Notes under the pieces: generated by a model
The model's input: the letters and a program-made list of their open reading frames with translations, nothing else
Told to the model about the DNA's origin: nothing
The model's database searches: none
Shown here: piece after piece, positions 60,457 through 64,000 of the stretch
Numbering within the stretch: position 1 is the first letter of the stretch
Layout of the letters: every line of letters starts with the position of its first letter
DNA from: Thermoanaerobaculia bacterium
GTDB lineage: Bacteria > Acidobacteriota > Thermoanaerobaculia > Gp7-AA8
NCBI GenBank assembly: GCA_035999335.1
Contig: DASYGV010000175.1
Location: forward strand, 10,807 to 74,806
Direction of reading: 5' to 3'
DNA: 64,000 nt
Translations under genes and position numbers: made by a program

Positions 60457-61064
60457 GCTTCACCTCGGCGACGCGCAAAGTGGCGCTCGACGCGCGTGAG
60501 GACGAAGTCCGCCGCGAGCGCGAGCAGCGCCGCGGGAAGCGCGCCGGAAAGGATCAGGCGAGTATCGACCATCGCGACTCCGCGGAAGATCAGTGTGCCC
60601 AGTCCGCCGCCACCGACGGCCGCCGCGATCGTCGCGACGCCGATCGCGGTCACCGCGGCGATGCGGATGCCGGCGACGATCGTGGGCGTCGCGAGCGGCA
60701 ATTCGATGGACCAGAGGAGCTGGCGATCCGTCATCCCCATCGCCGTCGCGGCTTCGCGCACGTGCGGATCGACGCGCTGCAGGCCGACGAGCGTGCTGCG
60801 CACGATCGGAAGGAGCGAGTAGAGGACGAGCGCGACGATCGCGGGGCGCGGACCGATTCCGCCGATCAACGGGAGCGGGATGAGAAAACCGAACATCGCC
60901 AGCGAGGGGATGGTCTGCACGGCGTCGGTGACGCGCAGTGCGATACCGCCCGCGCGGCGGCGGCGGTACGCGAGCGTGCCGAGCGGAACGCCCGCGGCGA
61001 TGGCGATCGTCACCGCCACGACGACGATGAGCAGATGTTCGCCGGTGAGTCGCAGAAGAGTCAT
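60453..61064 (-). CDS. ABC transporter permease (OpuBB-like)
   Basis: Five or six TM segments. EAA-like motif REAATAMGMTDRQLLWSIELP. Confidence 0.85.
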   Translation of the reverse strand: MTLLRLTGEHLLIVVVAVTIAIAAGVPLGTLAYRRRRAGGIALRVTDAVQTIPSLAMFGFLIPLPLIGGIGPRPAIVALVLYSLLPIVRSTLVGLQRVDPHVREAATAMGMTDRQLLWSIELPLATPTIVAGIRIAAVTAIGVATIAAAVGGGGLGTLIFRGVAMVDTRLILSGALPAALLALAADFVLTRVERHFARRRGEA

Positions 61065-61780
61065 GTTGCCGAGGCCAGGAATCTTCTCACGAGCGGATGC
61101 TCGTGCGTCGCGAGCCCCTCGGGCGTCGCGTCGGCGATGATCCGTCCGGCTTCGAACACGATGATCCGTTGCGCGATGCGAAGCGCTTCGCGCACGTCGT
61201 GCGTGACGAAGACGAGAGTCGTGTCGCGAGCCGCGCTGATGAGCATCGTCTGCAACTCCACGCGGATGAGCGGGTCGAGCGCGGAGAACGGCTCATCGCA
61301 CAGAAGGATGCTCGGCGCGCCGATGAGCGCGCGCGCAATCGCAACGCGCTGCTGCTCGCCGCCGGACAGCATTCGCGGATAGCGCGACGCGAAGCGCTCG
61401 AGCGGAAGATCGAGCTGATGCATGAGCTCCTCGGCGCGCTCGCGGATGCGCGCTTCGTCCCATTCGAGGAGACGCGGCACAGTGGCGATGTTGTCGAAGA
61501 CGCTGCGGTGCGGAAAGAGCGCGGGTTGCTGCATGACGTAGCCGATGCGGCGTCGCAGCGCGACGAGATCGTGGGGCTCGGTTCCCTCGATCGCGATCGA
61601 GCCGGAGGTCGGCTTCACCAAGGCGTTGATGAGCTTCAGCGCGGTCGTCTTCCCAGCGCCGCTGCGGCCGAGGAAGGCCACGCGCTCGCCGGCGGCGATG
61701 CGAAGCGAGATGCGGTCGAGGATGGTGACGTCGGGCAGCGCCGCGACCGTGACGTCGCGATATTCGATGATGTAGATCAA
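61061..61780 (-). CDS. ABC transporter ATP-binding protein (OpuBA-like)
   Basis: GRSGAGKTT, LSGGEQQRVAIARAL, ILLCDEPFSALD. The TTG start at 61780 is chosen and uncertain. Confidence 0.85.
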   Translation of the reverse strand: MIYIIEYRDVTVAALPDVTILDRISLRIAAGERVAFLGRSGAGKTTALKLINALVKPTSGSIAIEGTEPHDLVALRRRIGYVMQQPALFPHRSVFDNIATVPRLLEWDEARIRERAEELMHQLDLPLERFASRYPRMLSGGEQQRVAIARALIGAPSILLCDEPFSALDPLIRVELQTMLISAARDTTLVFVTHDVREALRIAQRIIVFEAGRIIADATPEGLATHEHPLVRRFLASAT

Positions 61781-61799
61781 CGGGGACGAGGTTACCGCG

Positions 61800-62471
61800 T
61801 CAGCGCTTCTCGTCCCACCACTTCGAGAGGTTCTGCGTCGGAGTGCGCGGCTGCTCGGAATAGTGCGAGGTGTCGTTGAAGAGCATGAGCCGCACGTGCA
61901 CGGGATCGCGGAAGTCGAGCACGTTGAGGCAGGCCGGGGCCTGATCGAGTCGGTCGCGGTATCCACGGGCGTCGAATCCGAGAAGGCTGCTGATGAGGAT
62001 GCGGATGGTGGCCTTGTGCGACACCACGAGCACGTTCTGTGCGTGATGATTCGTGACGATGTCGCGAATGCATGGCAGCGCCCGCGCCAAGACAGCCACT
62101 CCCGATTCGCCGCCCTCGGGCGCGTAAGTGAACGGGTCTTCCTCCCACGCTTTGTACTCGGCCGCGAAGCGCTCTTCGACTTCGGCGCGCGTCAGCCCTT
62201 CCCAATGTCCGTGAGCGATCTCGCGCAGGCCGTCGACGATCGCGGGCGCGAGCCCGCAGCGGGCGCCGATGATCGTCGCGGTCTCGACCGCGCGCGACAG
62301 GGGGCTCGAGTAGATCGCGTCGATGCCGTCGCGACGAAGACGATCGCCGAGTCGCGCAGCCTGCCGCCGTCCCTCCTCGGATAGGTCGACGCCGACCGCG
62401 CCGGAGAAGCGGTTCTCCGCCGTGAGCTGGGTGGCGCCATGGCGCACGAGGTAGATGCGCGTGGGTTCCAC
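61800..62471 (-). CDS. Histidine phosphatase (phosphoglycerate mutase-like) family protein
   Basis: IYLVRHGAT (RHG motif), later SHKATIR. The start is uncertain; the track ORF extends to 62711 through Arg/Pro-rich sequence. Confidence 0.8.
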   Translation of the reverse strand: MEPTRIYLVRHGATQLTAENRFSGAVGVDLSEEGRRQAARLGDRLRRDGIDAIYSSPLSRAVETATIIGARCGLAPAIVDGLREIAHGHWEGLTRAEVEERFAAEYKAWEEDPFTYAPEGGESGVAVLARALPCIRDIVTNHHAQNVLVVSHKATIRILISSLLGFDARGYRDRLDQAPACLNVLDFRDPVHVRLMLFNDTSHYSEQPRTPTQNLSKWWDEKR

Positions 62472-62538
62472 GGGAGGAGTGATTGTAAGGCGAGGTTGAG
62501 GCCGCCGAGTGCCGGCGGCCTCGAGGTGATGGTGCGGC

Positions 62539-62754
62539 TTACGCGCGGGCGATGCGGCGAACGGTCGCCTGGACGTCGTCGACTTTCTCTTCGACCTTCT
62601 CGATGAGATCACCGGTGACGTTGGCGATTTTCTTCTGCATCTTCTTGCCGGTCGTCGGGGCGAAGAGGAGGGCCAGCACGGATCCGGCGATGGCGCCGAT
62701 GCCGAACGCAACCGCCACCTTGGCGACGGGGAACTTCTGTTTCCGAGAGAACAT
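62539..62754 (-). CDS. YtxH domain-containing small membrane-associated protein
   Basis: GIGAIAGSVLALLFAPTTGKKMQKKI followed by a helical tail. Confidence 0.7.
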   Translation of the reverse strand: MFSRKQKFPVAKVAVAFGIGAIAGSVLALLFAPTTGKKMQKKIANVTGDLIEKVEEKVDDVQATVRRIARA

Positions 62755-62812
62755 GAATAACTCCTTTCAGGGTCGTAGGACTCGCATCGAGTCGAAAGGT
62801 TCCGACTTATGC

Positions 62813-62836
62813 AAAAACGCCGCTCGTTCGAGCGGC
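62813..62836 (-). terminator. Rho-independent terminator downstream of tRNA-Val
   Basis: Minus strand: GCCGCTC-gaac-GAGCGGC-g-TTTTT. Confidence 0.8.
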
Positions 62837-62851
62837 GGGACTCGGGGCGTT

Positions 62852-62928
<77 letters not shown>

Positions 62929-63173
62929 GCGTCGCTGCGAACAGCGGGTAACTCGCACGAACAGAACGGGTTTGAAGGGTTATTCCACTCCATTCCGAAC
63001 GAGGGACGCGGAGCATAGCGCAGGTGCGGCGGCCGAGGCAACGGGACGCCGCACTATGGCAGTGACGGATTCTTCACAAGACTTTCTGCGCTCGCGACCG
63101 GCCGCGCTGTCATTCTGTCGGTGAAGTATTATCCGCAGATCCCCTTCAAGCTCGAGATTCGGAGCCATCGATT

Positions 63174-64000
63174 GTGTACGTGAGCAGTTACAACCCCCTG
63201 CTCGTCGCAGCGTCGTTGTTCGTGGCGATCCTCGCCTCTTATACGGCGCTGGACATGGCGGGCCGGATCGTCACCGCGCAGGGACGGGCAGCCCGCTGGT
63301 GGCTGGTGGGCGGAGCGTCGGCGATGGGGGTCGGCATCTGGTCGATGCACTTCATCGGCATGCTGGCCTTCAGCCTTCCGATTCCGCTCGGCTACGACCC
63401 GGCCATCACGCTGCTGTCGCTGCTCATCGCCATCGCCTCTTCGGTTTTCGCGTTGTGGCTGGTCTGTCAGGAGAACCTGCCGTGGTCGCGGCTGTTGTTC
63501 GGCGCGATTCTGATGGGACTCGGGATCGCTTCCATGCACTACACGGGCATGGCGGCGATGCGCATGCTCCCGATGATCCGCTACATCCCGTCCCTGTTCA
63601 TCCTCTCCATCGTCATCGCCATCGTTGCCTCGGGTGCGGCGTTGTTCATCGCGTTTCATCTTCGGCGCCCGGGGTCCCGCGTTCATCAGTACCGTGCCTT
63701 CGCGGGCGTGGTGATGGGCTGCGCCATCGTTGGCATGCACTACACGGGGATGGCGGCCGCGCAGTTTTCGCTCGGCAGCATTTGCGGCGCGGCCAAGGGA
63801 GGAGTCAATACCGGGTGGCTGGCGCTGCTGGTCATCATCGTGACCATGGCGATCCTGGCCATCGCGTTGATCATCTCGGTGCTGGATATGCGTCTGGAGT
63901 CGCGGACCTCGAAGCTGGCGGTCTCGCTGGCCGAAGCCAATGAGGAACTGACGTACCTGGCGTTGCACGACAATCTGACCAAGCTCCCCAATCGCGCCCT
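63174..64000 (+). CDS. MHYT-domain membrane sensor fused to a GGDEF domain (3' end off window)
   Basis: Missing from the track because it is open-ended. My translation shows three MH(F/Y)(I/T)GM motifs in TM helices (WSMHFIGM, IASMHYTGM, IVGMHYTGM), then LALHDNLTKLPNR. GGAG lies 9 nt upstream of the GTG. Confidence 0.88.
   Translation, partial: MYVSSYNPLLVAASLFVAILASYTALDMAGRIVTAQGRAARWWLVGGASAMGVGIWSMHFIGMLAFSLPIPLGYDPAITLLSLLIAIASSVFALWLVCQENLPWSRLLFGAILMGLGIASMHYTGMAAMRMLPMIRYIPSLFILSIVIAIVASGAALFIAFHLRRPGSRVHQYRAFAGVVMGCAIVGMHYTGMAAAQFSLGSICGAAKGGVNTGWLALLVIIVTMAILAIALIISVLDMRLESRTSKLAVSLAEANEELTYLALHDNLTKLPNRA

Noticed and set aside
63024-63054. Hairpin GTGCGGCG-N15-CGCCGCAC upstream of the MHYT gene as a terminator or sRNA
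   Set aside because: There is no U-tract on either strand and no supporting promoter or conservation evidence. It cannot be distinguished from chance GC-rich pairing.

Overview
High-GC (roughly two-thirds G+C by eye) chromosomal segment. The gene content and intergenic repeat families suggest a soil Acidobacteriota-like bacterium, but that is inference only. I could not run any homology search, so all calls rest on motifs read from the translations and on my own reading of both strands. In order, the window contains: (1) a partial Ser/Thr kinase-ATPase; (2) a TetR-TolC-MFP-RND efflux operon; (3) a lone 1339-aa STAND-type NTPase with an N-terminal Cap4/DUF4297-like nuclease motif set, a P-loop, about ten 34-aa helical repeats and a small C-terminal beta domain, sitting next to a decayed cluster of toxin-antitoxin fragments; this is my best candidate for an undescribed (Avs-like) defence gene; (4) a secreted protein and an M1 aminopeptidase; (5) an acyl-CoA ligase; (6) a GntR-ABC module; (7) the thrS-infC-rpmI-rplT operon, where infC uses an ATT start and a Thr-rich leader ORF plus terminator lies upstream of thrS; (8) two tandem Cys-rich paralogs, a frameshifted repeat protein and a protealysin-like M4 protease; (9) a HEAT-PilT fusion ATPase with an internal duplication; (10) an amidase, an APH-like kinase plus acyl-CoA dehydrogenase, an M55 peptidase, and an ECF-type sigma factor plus YciI; (11) a rhodanese/YeeE sulfur operon; (12) a class II Fic protein preceded by an AT-rich iteron-like array; (13) a secreted lamin-tail protein with four HKD motifs; (14) three c-di-GMP proteins; (15) a frameshifted kinase-propeller gene; (16) an osmoprotectant ABC operon; (17) tRNA-Val. 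Several families of intergenic palindromic repeats are present, some built from tandem 7- or 9-nt units. I found no rRNA, CRISPR array, transposase or integrase. Many long ORFs in the supplied track are antisense or out-of-frame shadows typical of high-GC DNA.
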